A stretch of DNA of 64,000 nucleotides, from contig CAZVYB010000001.1 in assembly GCA_964631405.1 (NCBI GenBank), forward strand, positions 4,435 through 68,434, read 5' to 3'. The stretch comes from an uncultured Lachnospiraceae bacterium. GTDB lineage: Bacteria; Bacillota; Clostridia; Christensenellales; UBA1242. The position numbers were made by a program, and so were the translations under genes. The first letter of the stretch is position 1. The number at the start of each line of letters is the position of its first letter. The notes beneath the pieces were generated by a model. The model did not search any database and was not told the DNA's origin. It saw only the letters and a list, made by a program, of their open reading frames with translations. Below are positions 16,795 through 27,586 of the stretch, one piece after another.

Positions 16795-17583
16795 CTAAAG
16801 TTCAAACCCTTTCAAAAATTCAAAATAAATCTTCAAAACTTCCAAATAGCGATATTTGAGAAGGGAGGAATATGTTTGACCTGTGCTGATTGCCTCTCCG
16901 GTGCAAAGTTTTTGGCTGACTTTTGCCATATTTTCAAGCATTGCATCAATGTCGGCAAGAGGTGAGGAAATCACACTTGGAAATATGGTTGAGAAGTCGG
17001 CATATACGCCAGCAAGGGTGTTGTGGGCGGAGTTGACGGCAAGTTTTGCAGAAATTTCATTATAAACGCCGGTGTCAAGACTTATGGCGATGTCATATAT
17101 AGAAAGGTAAAAATTGATGCCTGCCGACAGAGCCTTTCCAAGCGACTTTTTCTCTTCTGCCGAAAAATTGCCAGAAATGGTGATGCTATCAAATTTTACC
17201 GATATGATTTCGCTTTCAAGATTTTGGGTTTGCTTGATACTGCTTTGCACAAGAGAAGCATCATTTTTGTTTGAATAGGCACTTGAAACTACATAAAAAT
17301 ATCCATCAATTTCCCAAACAAACCCGCCAGCACCAATTTTGCGATAGTCTGGTGCGAGGGCTTCTGCCTCACTTTTGACCTGAGATTTTGCGAGAGATAA
17401 AAAATACAAATCTTCACTTTGGGAGGAAATGTCGCCAGTTGTTGCCCCAGAGGGGATAATCATGTCGGCGAGGAAATTTGCCAGCAATAGACATACAATC
17501 AAAGAGATAGCCCCAGCAACAGCGAAAAAAGTTTTTTTGCCTTTTTTAAAAATTTTTGTCATAACAGATTGATTTTCTCCCAT
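16795..17583 (-). CDS. Membrane-anchored protein, possible SPOR-like domain; start uncertain
   Basis: TM FFAVAGAISLIVCLLLANFL. Segment YFLSLAKSQVKSEAEALA..GAGGFVWEIDGYFYVVSSAY resembles the SPOR pattern. ORF-track start 17694 would overlap the groES promoter, so an internal Met (17583 or 17562) is preferred. Confidence 0.5.
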   Translation of the reverse strand: MGENQSVMTKIFKKGKKTFFAVAGAISLIVCLLLANFLADMIIPSGATTGDISSQSEDLYFLSLAKSQVKSEAEALAPDYRKIGAGGFVWEIDGYFYVVSSAYSNKNDASLVQSSIKQTQNLESEIISVKFDSITISGNFSAEEKKSLGKALSAGINFYLSIYDIAISLDTGVYNEISAKLAVNSAHNTLAGVYADFSTIFPSVISSPLADIDAMLENMAKVSQKLCTGEAISTGQTYSSLLKYRYLEVLKIYFEFLKGFEL

Positions 17584-17662
17584 ATCATGCGTTATCAATG
17601 TAGTGTATGACAAAATTATGCAGGCTATGAGCAAAAACACCCAAAATTCGCCCAAAAAAAAT

Positions 17663-17691
17663 TTGGAGTTTTGCTTGTAAAGGTGTATAAT
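17663..17691 (+). promoter_or_regulatory. Putative groESL promoter
   Basis: TTGGAG, 17-nt spacer, TATAAT (17686-91); no CIRCE inverted repeat seen nearby. Confidence 0.45.
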
Positions 17692-17717
17692 CAAATCAAG
17701 AAAAGTAGGAGGAATTT

Positions 17718-18002
17718 ATGAATATAAAACCATTGTTTGATAGAGTCGTTTTGTCACCACTTGAAAATGAAAGCGAAACCAAAAGCGGAATTTTGCTTCC
17801 AACCTCAGCCCAAGAGAAATCTCAACTTGCTCTTGTTGTCGCTGTTGGAAATGGTCAAGATTTTGAAGGCAAGAAAACCGAAATGCAGGTCAAAGTTGGC
17901 GATAAAGTGCTTTACGGCAAATATACAGGCACAGAAATCACAGTTGAAGAAAAGAAATATGTTGTCATTCGCCAAACGGATATCTTGGCGGTGATTGATT
18001 AG
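17718..18002 (+). CDS. groES: Co-chaperonin GroES
   Basis: MNIKPLFDRVV...GILLP... typical Cpn10; AGGAGG RBS; directly upstream of groEL. Confidence 0.97.
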   Translation: MNIKPLFDRVVLSPLENESETKSGILLPTSAQEKSQLALVVAVGNGQDFEGKKTEMQVKVGDKVLYGKYTGTEITVEEKKYVVIRQTDILAVID

Positions 18003-19631
<1,629 letters not shown>

Positions 19632-19647
19632 AAAATGATATTTTAAA

Positions 19648-19711
19648 AACAGCGGAAATTTCCGCTGTTGCATTTACCGACAAAAAAATGTGAAGTTTCA
19701 CATTTTTTTTT
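19648..19711. terminator. Two hairpins between convergent groEL and SDR genes
   Basis: Palindrome AACAGCGGAAA/TTTCCGCTGTT (19648-69), then ATGTGAA/TTCACAT hairpin flanked by A7 and T9 runs (19682-19711), usable on both strands. Confidence 0.8.
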
Positions 19712-19753
19712 GTTTTTTGCTGTTTTTTTTTGCATTTTTTCTTAAATTTTTGT

Positions 19754-20551
19754 TTATTTTTTCTTTGCTTTGTCACGATAAAACATTTTTGTCAGCACTT
19801 TCAAAACGAGAGAGCGAGGGAAAAACTTTTGGGCTTGATACAAAAATTTATTGCGAAAACTCATGATGTATTGAGGCTTCAATTTCTTTTTATTAACAAT
19901 TTTGACAATGATTTTTGTAGCCTTTTCAATTGGCATACGCTTGTCCTCTCGCTCTGTGATTTTGTTGAGGGAAAGACTTGGTGCATCGCCATATTTTTCA
20001 TTTGTCGCATATGTGTTGACACGATTTTTTGTGAAATTTGTTTTCACCTCACATGGACAGATTGCGGTAGATTGGATTTTTGTTTTGCATAGTTCCATAC
20101 GCAGACAATCACTGAGCATTGAAACAGCCGATTTGCTTGAACAATAATATGACCTAAACGGGATAGGGAAGAGTGCACAAATGGAACTGATGTTGATGAT
20201 TTTGCCCTCGTTTTTCATAAGTGGCAATGCACACTGAATTGCATTTATGACGCCCATCACATTGACATCATACTGAAGGTTGACTTTGCTGTTTTCAATA
20301 AGTTCAATTGTGCCATAAACGCCAAGCCCTGCACATGGGATAAGAATGTCGATTTTGTCCATTTTGGTTGCAATTTGCTCAAACACCTTTTTCATTTCCT
20401 CAAAGTTTGCCACATCGCAGTTGAAGTCGTCGTCTGAGAGACTGATACCTAAAACATTGTCGCCATTTTGAAGAAAGTGGTTTTTAAGAGCCTGTCCGAT
20501 ACCGCTTGACGCACCAGTGATAATAATATTTCTTTTTGTTTGCTTTTTCAT
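19754..20551 (-). CDS. Short-chain dehydrogenase/reductase (SDR) family oxidoreductase
   Basis: TGASSGIGQAL cofactor motif and YCSSK (YxxxK) active site; start MKKQ (20551) preceded by GAGGAG. Confidence 0.9.
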   Translation of the reverse strand: MKKQTKRNIIITGASSGIGQALKNHFLQNGDNVLGISLSDDDFNCDVANFEEMKKVFEQIATKMDKIDILIPCAGLGVYGTIELIENSKVNLQYDVNVMGVINAIQCALPLMKNEGKIINISSICALFPIPFRSYYCSSKSAVSMLSDCLRMELCKTKIQSTAICPCEVKTNFTKNRVNTYATNEKYGDAPSLSLNKITEREDKRMPIEKATKIIVKIVNKKKLKPQYIMSFRNKFLYQAQKFFPRSLVLKVLTKMFYRDKAKKK

Positions 20552-20612
20552 AAAACTCCTCATAATAATTCGTAAATAAGTATATAATATTTTAGTAAAA
20601 GAGGCAAATGAT

Positions 20613-20641
20613 TTGACAGATTTTTCTAAATGTGCTATTAT
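20613..20641 (+). promoter_or_regulatory. Sigma-A-type promoter for SHOCT membrane protein gene
   Basis: TTGACA, 17-nt spacer, TATTAT with TGc extended -10. Confidence 0.55.
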
Positions 20642-20667
20642 GCCTTTAAGAATTCAAGGAGGGGGCA

Positions 20668-21150
20668 ATGAACAAAACAAAGAAATATTTGATTATTGTA
20701 GCAATTATTTTCAGTTTTTTGGATATTTGCAAACAGATTTATGATATTGTCGAATATTTTTCCACTGCACCACAAAGCAGAACCCCAGTATTTTATGTGA
20801 TTTTGGATTTTTTGACCATTGCCGAATGCCTAGCCGTTGCAATCCTTTTGATAATTGCAATTTGGAAGAATGGTGCGTTGTTTAGATATCGATATGGCTA
20901 TTATATGACAGCCCTCATGTTGTCTATTGTTATCAATTTGTTTTCTGTGACTTCAATTTTGCTTATTGTCACAATGTTTATCAGCGATTGGGTTTGGCAA
21001 AAGCCATCAACTCAACAGGCGGACGATGTGGTGATTGATGCCGAGATTGTTAAGACAAGAGAAGAGCAAATTCAAGAACTTAGAAAAAAGCGTGATAACG
21101 GAGAGATAAGCGAGGAGGAATTTGAGAAAAACCTGCTTGAAATTTTGTAA
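20668..21150 (+). CDS. Membrane protein with C-terminal SHOCT-like motif
   Basis: Three to four TM helices, then LRKKRDNGEISEEEFEKNLLEIL resembling the SHOCT short C-terminal domain. Confidence 0.6.
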   Translation: MNKTKKYLIIVAIIFSFLDICKQIYDIVEYFSTAPQSRTPVFYVILDFLTIAECLAVAILLIIAIWKNGALFRYRYGYYMTALMLSIVINLFSVTSILLIVTMFISDWVWQKPSTQQADDVVIDAEIVKTREEQIQELRKKRDNGEISEEEFEKNLLEIL

Positions 21151-21177
21151 AAACTGCCTATTTGGCGGTTTTTTTTA
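21151..21177 (+). terminator. Rho-independent terminator
   Basis: CTGCC/GGCGG hairpin followed by T8 run. Confidence 0.65.
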
Positions 21178-21272
21178 TTTTAAAAAATTATTTTTGATAT
21201 TTTTTTGATATTTTTTTCTTATTTAATCAAAATAATTTTAGTTATTCCAAATAAATTTAAGTATCTATTTAT

Positions 21273-21300
21273 TTGACTATTTTTTATTTATTGATATAAT
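21273..21300 (+). promoter_or_regulatory. Promoter of the 1551-aa surface peptidase gene
   Basis: TTGACT, 16-nt spacer, TGaTATAAT extended -10 (21292-21300), in a very AT-rich region with TTTTTGATATTTTT direct repeats. Confidence 0.55.
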
Positions 21301-21322
21301 TAAAAGTGAGGAATTTTTTATT

Positions 21323-24300
21323 ATGTTGCGAAAGAAAAATCTATCATATATATTTTTGTCAATAATTGCAGTTCTTCTGTCTTGCACAGGACTTTTTATT
21401 GGTGACAATGATTTGTTGTCGACCGAACAATTTGAAGAAAAGGGTTTTATTGCTGACGCATATAGCAGTTATAGCGAATTGTATTATAGTTACACCGATT
21501 TTTCAAGCGACTATGATGGCTCAACTCTTCCAGCAGAATATTGCCTGCGTGACGAATATATGCTTTATACACAACAACAGGCATCGCAGGGGCTTTGTTG
21601 GGCATTTGGCTCTCAAACTGCACTTTCTACTACAATTATGAAGGCAACGGGGGAGTGGCTAGATTTTTCTGAATCTTGGATTTCAATTGCCCTTACATAC
21701 GCATTAAACTATGAGGGCTTTTCCGACTACGCAAACACACTGAGCGGAAGTTATCTTCCCGGCGGTGGCGGATATTATTGCAGTGTAGATTTGATTGCAA
21801 GAAAGTATGGGCTGGTACTTGAACAAGATTGTGGATTTGAGGATAGTTCTTTCCTTACAAAAGAAAATACACAAGAGTTTTATGAGTTTTACTCAAAATA
21901 TGCAAACACAAACATTATGGACAATATTGAAGGCGGAAGGTTTTTGCTTTATAACAACTATGCGTCCACTGCTAAAACAAAAATTATAAACTCAATGAAA
22001 CAACACATTCTCAATAATGGTGCAATTGAAGCGGGAATGTATTGGGAAGATTATGTTGATGAAATATACAATGGCGAGGCTATCACATACAAAATTCCAA
22101 GCACAACAGCAAACGCAGGGCACCTTGTCACTTTGATTGGCTGGGACGATAATTTTTCGGTGACATATGAAGGCACTGCGTATACTGGTGCATGGATTGC
22201 ACTTAATAGTTGGGGCGACGACCTTGGTTATGACGGGATTACATATCTTCTTTATGATGATACAGATTTCAACTCTGCCTTTTTCGGCTGGAAGTATACA
22301 GAGGACACAACTCAAGATACATACTTTCTTACAACAATGAATGACGCCACAACAGGCGATTATACCACTGATAAAGTTGGTGCATACTATGGTGATTTTT
22401 CGGCAGAGGAGGGGCAAACCCTTCAACAAAATATCTTTTATAATGTTGATGATGTGACCCTCGTTTATGACTATACAATAAGCACAAACACCCAAATTTC
22501 TTCAACCAAGGTTATAAAATCAGACGGCGAAGATGTGACAAGAAATTTTGATATTGATGTCACATCAAACCAAATCACATATACAGCAAGCGATGTGGCT
22601 GTTGGCTCATACAAAATAGTCACAATCGTTTCAAACGCCACAACGGGAGAAACAAAAGAATATCTCAACGCTTTTTATGTCACCGATGGTATGGAAATAG
22701 GATATGGCTATTTGTACACAGCAAATACCACAGTTTCAAATCAAGGCAGATTTCAAAATTTCAATTCCCTTTATACGGGAAGTAAAGATTTTTATTATGC
22801 AACAACCAACACATCTGGCAATTTCTATATGTTTATCATAAAGGCGTCATATAGCGATATTCTTAGGGCTGTGCCAAGCAGTGGAATTTCTATTTATGAC
22901 GCAGGCGACTATTATCAACTTTACATTCAATACAATTTTTCCTCTTCTACAATAAACCATTTTACAATCACATTTTATAACTCTCAAAACAAGTCCAGCG
23001 TAATGAATTTTTATATTCAAAAAACGGTGTCTGGAAACGCATACCCAAATCTGCTGATTGAAACAAATGGCGGTACGCTGAACGGGGAGGAACTTAAAAG
23101 ACTTGTCGTTTCTCAGTCATCGGGCGGAAAAGTCCCAACCCCAACACGAGAGGGCTATGACTTTAAGGGCTGGTATTATAGCGACGACTTCACATCGGCA
23201 AACAAACTTTCACAAACTGATGGCGAATATTACATTGACTATGACAAAATCATCAACTACTCATCTTCAACGGTTGACTGGCAGTCGGCATTCAATTCAT
23301 ACTATGACCATGCCGAAGTTGTTTTTCTTTACGCCGATTGGGAGGTTTCAAAATACACCATCACAGCATCAGTTGAAGGTGGCGGGTCAATTTCTCCAAG
23401 CGGAGATGTTGAGGTAGAATATGGTCAAAACCAAACTTTCACATTCTTGGCAAACGCAGGCAATGCAATTTCTTCAATATATGTTGACGGGGTGGAACTT
23501 ACCGGCACAACACTTACAAATGCAATCGCAAACGGATACACATTTGAAAATGTCACCCAAAACCATACAATCAAACTTGTTTGTACGGCAAATTCATATT
23601 CAATCACTGCATCATGCTCGGTGGGTGGCTCAATTTCTCCAAGCGGACATATCACAATCACAGAAGGCTTATCTCAAACCTTCACCTTCTCTCCAAACGA
23701 AGGATATTATCTTAGCGGAGTGACAGTTGATGGCACAGCACTCGACGCAACCGCACTTGCAGATGCTTTGGCAAATGGTTACACATTCCAAAATGTGAGC
23801 CAAAACCATGAAATCGAGGCAACTTTTGCCATTCAAACATTCACAATCACGGCAAGCAAGTCGGGAAGCGGTACAATTTCGCCAATCGGTGCAAAAACAC
23901 TCAATTATGGAGGAATGCAAAAATACACCTTCACTCCAAACGAAGGTCAAAAGGTTGTTTCTATAATTATCGACGGCGAAGAACTTACAGGCGATGCATA
24001 TATAGAGGCGTACAATAATGGATACTATATTTTTGAAAATGTCACAGAAAACCACACAATTACTGTGCATTTTGCGACAATATATTTCCAAATCGTTATC
24101 ACCCATAACGAAGGCGGTACAGTTTCGCCAGACGGCAATGTTTCAGTTGCTTATGGCGAAAGCCAAACAATCACAATCACACCAAATGAAGGCTATATGG
24201 TTTCAAAAATTGTTGTGAATGGCATTGAAACCACACCAACAAACAGAGTTTCATTCTCAAATGTGACTTCACATAAAACTCTTGATATCACATTTGATAC

Positions 24301-25978
24301 AATAAAATTTGCAATCAACGCTTCGTCAACAGGCAATGGCACAATCTCGCCGGAGGGTAGCGTGATGGTCGTTCAAGGCGAAAGCCAAGCTTTCACATTC
24401 TCTGCGGGAGAGGGGTATCATATTGCAAGCATAATTGTTGATGGCATTGCTCTTGAAGGCGAAGAAATGGCAGAGGCGTTTACAAACGGATACACCTTCA
24501 CAAATGTTCAAGGCATACACAGCATAAAAGCAGTTTACGAAATTGACACATTTGCAATTTCAGTTGTGGCAACAGGAAACGGCACAATTTCTCCGGCAGG
24601 GGAACAGATTGTCAACTATGGGCAAAACAAGACTTTCTCATTCACTCCAAACGAGGGCTACAAAATAAAAGAAATCATAGTTGACGGACAAAACATGGGT
24701 GTTCTTACATCATATACTTTTGAAAATGTCAAAGAAACCCACTCAATTGAGGCGATATTTGAAAGAATATATTTCACACTGACAATTGTCAGCAATGAAG
24801 GGGGTATAGTCACTCCAAACGGCAATGTTCAAATAGGCTATGGCGACAGCCAAATAATAACAATCACCCCAAATGAACATTTCAATATTGATAAAATCCT
24901 TCTCGACGGAAGCGAAGTTGAAATTTCAAACACGGTCACACTTACAGATGTCAAAAAAGACTATAACTTGCAAATAAAATTTATTGAAATTTTTACTATT
25001 ACATCGGTTGTTGTTGGCGAAGGGACAACCACTCCAACAACCGAAGTCTTGGAAGGTGGACAACTGAAAATTGAATTTTTCCCAGCCGAAGGATACAAAG
25101 TCAAAAATGTAGAAATTGACGGAGTAAGCGTTGGTGCGGTTGAATTTTACATTTTCATTGATGTAAACTCATCTCACACAATCACAGTGGAATTTGCAAT
25201 TAAAACATTTACCATATCACTCAGCGTTGACGGCAAGGGAGAGGCAAAATGTACAGAAACCCTTACCTCAGTAAAATATGGCAGTGAAAGGACAATCACT
25301 ATCACGCCAAACGCTGGCTGGAAAGTGTATAAGGTGTATGTCGACGGAATTGCTCAAACACTTAAAGATGACACATTGACACTTCTCTCAATCACCGAAG
25401 ATATGACAGTTCAAGTGATATTTGAAAGAGGTGAAGATTCAAGCCAAGTAGACGGAACAATGATTGCAATCATTGTCGTAGGTGTTGTGATTGTAGGACT
25501 TTTGGTTGTGCTTATAATGAAAAAGGGCAAAAAACCACCTAAAAATGGGGACAAAAAAGAGGTGAAACCTCAGACATCTAAAAACGCAACTCCAAAACAA
25601 GAACAAAAACAGGAACAGGTGGCGGAAAAAACTGCCGAGATGAAGACGGTTCAGCAAAAACCTCAACAATCAAAAGAGATAGCAACCGAACAAAGACCTC
25701 AGGCAGAGCAAACTGTAACAAAAACAGAACAAAAAACAACTGAAAATTTACAGCAAACAATTCAAAAAACAGAGGAAAAGCCTCAACAATTTGCAACAGA
25801 GCCGAAGAAAATCCCAACTCCACCACAACGACCAATTCCGCCAAGACCACCAGTGCCACCAACAAGACCAATCCCTCCAAAACCACCAGTTCAACCACAA
25901 AGCGGGACGGTCAATCAAAAGGCACTAGAAAGGGCACAGGCCTTCAAAAAGTCAAATGGAGAAAACAAACAAGGCTAA
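21323..25978 (+). CDS. Giant surface protein: papain-like C1 peptidase + Listeria-Bacteroides repeat + 9 InlB-B-type repeats + TM + Pro/Gln-rich tail
   Basis: N-terminal signal with LLSC lipobox-like site. C1 catalytic contexts QGLCWAFGS (Cys), NAGHLVTLIGWDDN (His), ALNSWG (Asn). REGYDFKGWYY...LYADW matches the Flg_new type. TM IAIIVVGVVIVGLLVVLIM then KKGKK. Tail ends PPQRPIPPRPPVPPTRPIPPKPPVQP. Confidence 0.85.
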   Translation: MLRKKNLSYIFLSIIAVLLSCTGLFIGDNDLLSTEQFEEKGFIADAYSSYSELYYSYTDFSSDYDGSTLPAEYCLRDEYMLYTQQQASQGLCWAFGSQTALSTTIMKATGEWLDFSESWISIALTYALNYEGFSDYANTLSGSYLPGGGGYYCSVDLIARKYGLVLEQDCGFEDSSFLTKENTQEFYEFYSKYANTNIMDNIEGGRFLLYNNYASTAKTKIINSMKQHILNNGAIEAGMYWEDYVDEIYNGEAITYKIPSTTANAGHLVTLIGWDDNFSVTYEGTAYTGAWIALNSWGDDLGYDGITYLLYDDTDFNSAFFGWKYTEDTTQDTYFLTTMNDATTGDYTTDKVGAYYGDFSAEEGQTLQQNIFYNVDDVTLVYDYTISTNTQISSTKVIKSDGEDVTRNFDIDVTSNQITYTASDVAVGSYKIVTIVSNATTGETKEYLNAFYVTDGMEIGYGYLYTANTTVSNQGRFQNFNSLYTGSKDFYYATTNTSGNFYMFIIKASYSDILRAVPSSGISIYDAGDYYQLYIQYNFSSSTINHFTITFYNSQNKSSVMNFYIQKTVSGNAYPNLLIETNGGTLNGEELKRLVVSQSSGGKVPTPTREGYDFKGWYYSDDFTSANKLSQTDGEYYIDYDKIINYSSSTVDWQSAFNSYYDHAEVVFLYADWEVSKYTITASVEGGGSISPSGDVEVEYGQNQTFTFLANAGNAISSIYVDGVELTGTTLTNAIANGYTFENVTQNHTIKLVCTANSYSITASCSVGGSISPSGHITITEGLSQTFTFSPNEGYYLSGVTVDGTALDATALADALANGYTFQNVSQNHEIEATFAIQTFTITASKSGSGTISPIGAKTLNYGGMQKYTFTPNEGQKVVSIIIDGEELTGDAYIEAYNNGYYIFENVTENHTITVHFATIYFQIVITHNEGGTVSPDGNVSVAYGESQTITITPNEGYMVSKIVVNGIETTPTNRVSFSNVTSHKTLDITFDTIKFAINASSTGNGTISPEGSVMVVQGESQAFTFSAGEGYHIASIIVDGIALEGEEMAEAFTNGYTFTNVQGIHSIKAVYEIDTFAISVVATGNGTISPAGEQIVNYGQNKTFSFTPNEGYKIKEIIVDGQNMGVLTSYTFENVKETHSIEAIFERIYFTLTIVSNEGGIVTPNGNVQIGYGDSQIITITPNEHFNIDKILLDGSEVEISNTVTLTDVKKDYNLQIKFIEIFTITSVVVGEGTTTPTTEVLEGGQLKIEFFPAEGYKVKNVEIDGVSVGAVEFYIFIDVNSSHTITVEFAIKTFTISLSVDGKGEAKCTETLTSVKYGSERTITITPNAGWKVYKVYVDGIAQTLKDDTLTLLSITEDMTVQVIFERGEDSSQVDGTMIAIIVVGVVIVGLLVVLIMKKGKKPPKNGDKKEVKPQTSKNATPKQEQKQEQVAEKTAEMKTVQQKPQQSKEIATEQRPQAEQTVTKTEQKTTENLQQTIQKTEEKPQQFATEPKKIPTPPQRPIPPRPPVPPTRPIPPKPPVQPQSGTVNQKALERAQAFKKSNGENKQG
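23351..25430 (+). repeat. Nine in-frame ~72-84-aa domain repeats (InlB B-repeat-like) inside the 1551-aa gene
   Basis: Recurrent pattern F/YTITAS..G.GTISP.G...V.YG.SQTFTFTPNEGY.....VDG.......YTFENV...H.I...F read nine times in the translation. Confidence 0.75.
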
Positions 25979-25982
25979 AAAG

Positions 25983-26026
25983 AAGACTTCAAAATAACCC
26001 GTAGGGTTAAAATGAAGTCTTTTTTC
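25983..26026. terminator. Compound hairpin terminator overlapping the 3' end of tadA
   Basis: AAGACTTCA/TGAAGTCTT outer stem with inner AACCC/GGGTT, followed by T-run; sits between convergent genes. Confidence 0.8.
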
Positions 26027-26462
26027 TTTTTTCTTTAAAAAAATTTGAAAGCATTTGAGAAATCTCGCCTTGGTATCTCCCGTCAAAACAAATTTCGCAT
26101 TTGTGGTTAAGCCGATTGCTTGTCAAAATTGCCTCACACAAATTATCGCCAGATGTTTTTTCTTTTGCCCCATAAACAACCCTTTCAAGCCTTGCATTTG
26201 CGATTGCTCCCGCACACATGGGGCATGGCTCCAATGTCACATACAGTTCACACCCATCAAGCCTCCATGATTTCAGTTTTTTGCAAGCCCTTTCAATTGC
26301 AATCACTTCTGCGTGCATAAGTGCATTTTGCTTTTTCTCACGACGGTTGTAGCCACGAGAAATTATCCTTCCGCTTTTGACAACGACAGCCCCAATTGGC
26401 ACTTCATTTTTTTTGAGAGCCTTGCCAGCAAGGTCTAGTGCTTCTTTCATAAAATCTATCAT
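26007..26462 (-). CDS. tadA: tRNA-specific adenosine deaminase TadA
   Basis: CDA zinc motifs HAEVIAI and PCPMCAGA; start at MIDFMKEAL (26462). Confidence 0.92.
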   Translation of the reverse strand: MIDFMKEALDLAGKALKKNEVPIGAVVVKSGRIISRGYNRREKKQNALMHAEVIAIERACKKLKSWRLDGCELYVTLEPCPMCAGAIANARLERVVYGAKEKTSGDNLCEAILTSNRLNHKCEICFDGRYQGEISQMLSNFFKEKRKKTSF

Positions 26463-26553
26463 AAAATAATTGTAATATGATTTTTGCAAAATGTAAAGCC
26501 GTTGCTTGCGAAAAAAAAATAATTGTTGTATAATTTACCTATAAAAAGGACAA

Positions 26554-27513
26554 ATGATGGAAAAACGAGAATTTTATAGAAACGATGATAGCGGGAAAAT
26601 GTTTTTGATTTGCCTTCTTGCACCATTTTTGATGGCACTTTTGTTTTCAATGATTGCGGGCAAAATTGCCGAGGTTCAGGGCGTTGAGGCAGGAGAGATA
26701 ACATCAAGCCTCGCATACACAATCATATATTCACTCTGCACCTGCGTGCTTTACCTTGCAATCTTCTTTATATATAATAAGTTTGCAAAGGTTTCTTTCA
26801 AGGCTGTCAATTTAAAGTTTAAAATGCCGTGGAGAACATACCTCATTTTGATTGCCGTGGGCATAATTTCACTCTTTGGCATCAACTATTTTATTGGTGC
26901 GACAGACAACTTTCTTTCTCTAATAGGTTTTCCTGTTCAAGAGGGTTTGCCTCTGGTAAATCCAACAACATTCCCACTATATTTGCTTGCAATTTTGCTT
27001 ATGGCGGTCATTCCTGCCATTTGTGAGGAACTTTTGTTTAGGGGGGTAATTTTACAGGGACTTCGCTCCCGCTTTGGCGACTGGGCAAGCATAGCACTTT
27101 CCGCCTTGATGTTTGCACTTATGCATGGCAATTTGCAACAATTTGTCTATCCTTTCATTTTAGGTGGAATAATGGGCTGGCTGGTGCTTAGGACAGGCTC
27201 GCTTGTTTCCTCAATGCTTGTGCATTTTATCAACAACTTTTTGGTTGTCACTTTTGCATTTATTCAAAATTTGACAGGCTTTTCACTGGCACTGCCAAAC
27301 ACATGGTGGTTCTATTTGATTGCTTTTGGACTGCTTTTTGTCACATTCGGGGTGCTTTGGCTTATAGAAAAGTTCTATTTTAAGAGAAAAAGTGCGAAAG
27401 ATGTTGAAAGGACTTCACAAAAGACATCAATTTATGTATACTTGTCCTTAGGTATAAGTGCCTTTATGCTGACAATTGTCACAATTTTGCAGTTTGTGTC
27501 AAACGCGGTATAA
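26554..27513 (+). CDS. CPBP-family (CAAX/Abi) intramembrane metalloprotease
   Basis: Multi-TM; motifs CEELLFRG, FALMHG, HFINN. Confidence 0.85.
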   Translation: MMEKREFYRNDDSGKMFLICLLAPFLMALLFSMIAGKIAEVQGVEAGEITSSLAYTIIYSLCTCVLYLAIFFIYNKFAKVSFKAVNLKFKMPWRTYLILIAVGIISLFGINYFIGATDNFLSLIGFPVQEGLPLVNPTTFPLYLLAILLMAVIPAICEELLFRGVILQGLRSRFGDWASIALSALMFALMHGNLQQFVYPFILGGIMGWLVLRTGSLVSSMLVHFINNFLVVTFAFIQNLTGFSLALPNTWWFYLIAFGLLFVTFGVLWLIEKFYFKRKSAKDVERTSQKTSIYVYLSLGISAFMLTIVTILQFVSNAV

Positions 27514-27586
27514 ATACCCTCAAAATCATACCCCAAAAGGTTATCGAAAGAGGAAAAAATCAGTATACTATTTCAAGAGGTTTTCA

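Noticed and set aside
17584-17717. Expected CIRCE (TTAGCACTC-N9-GAGTGCTAA) HrcA operator upstream of groES
   Set aside because: I read the whole interval on both strands and found no CIRCE-like inverted repeat. Absence is noted, but a negative by eye is not reported as a finding.
25578-25898. 106-aa minus-strand ORF and other alternative-frame ORFs across the 3' end of the 1551-aa gene
   Set aside because: Shadow frames of the Pro/Gln/Lys-rich tail coding region; there is no independent start signal.
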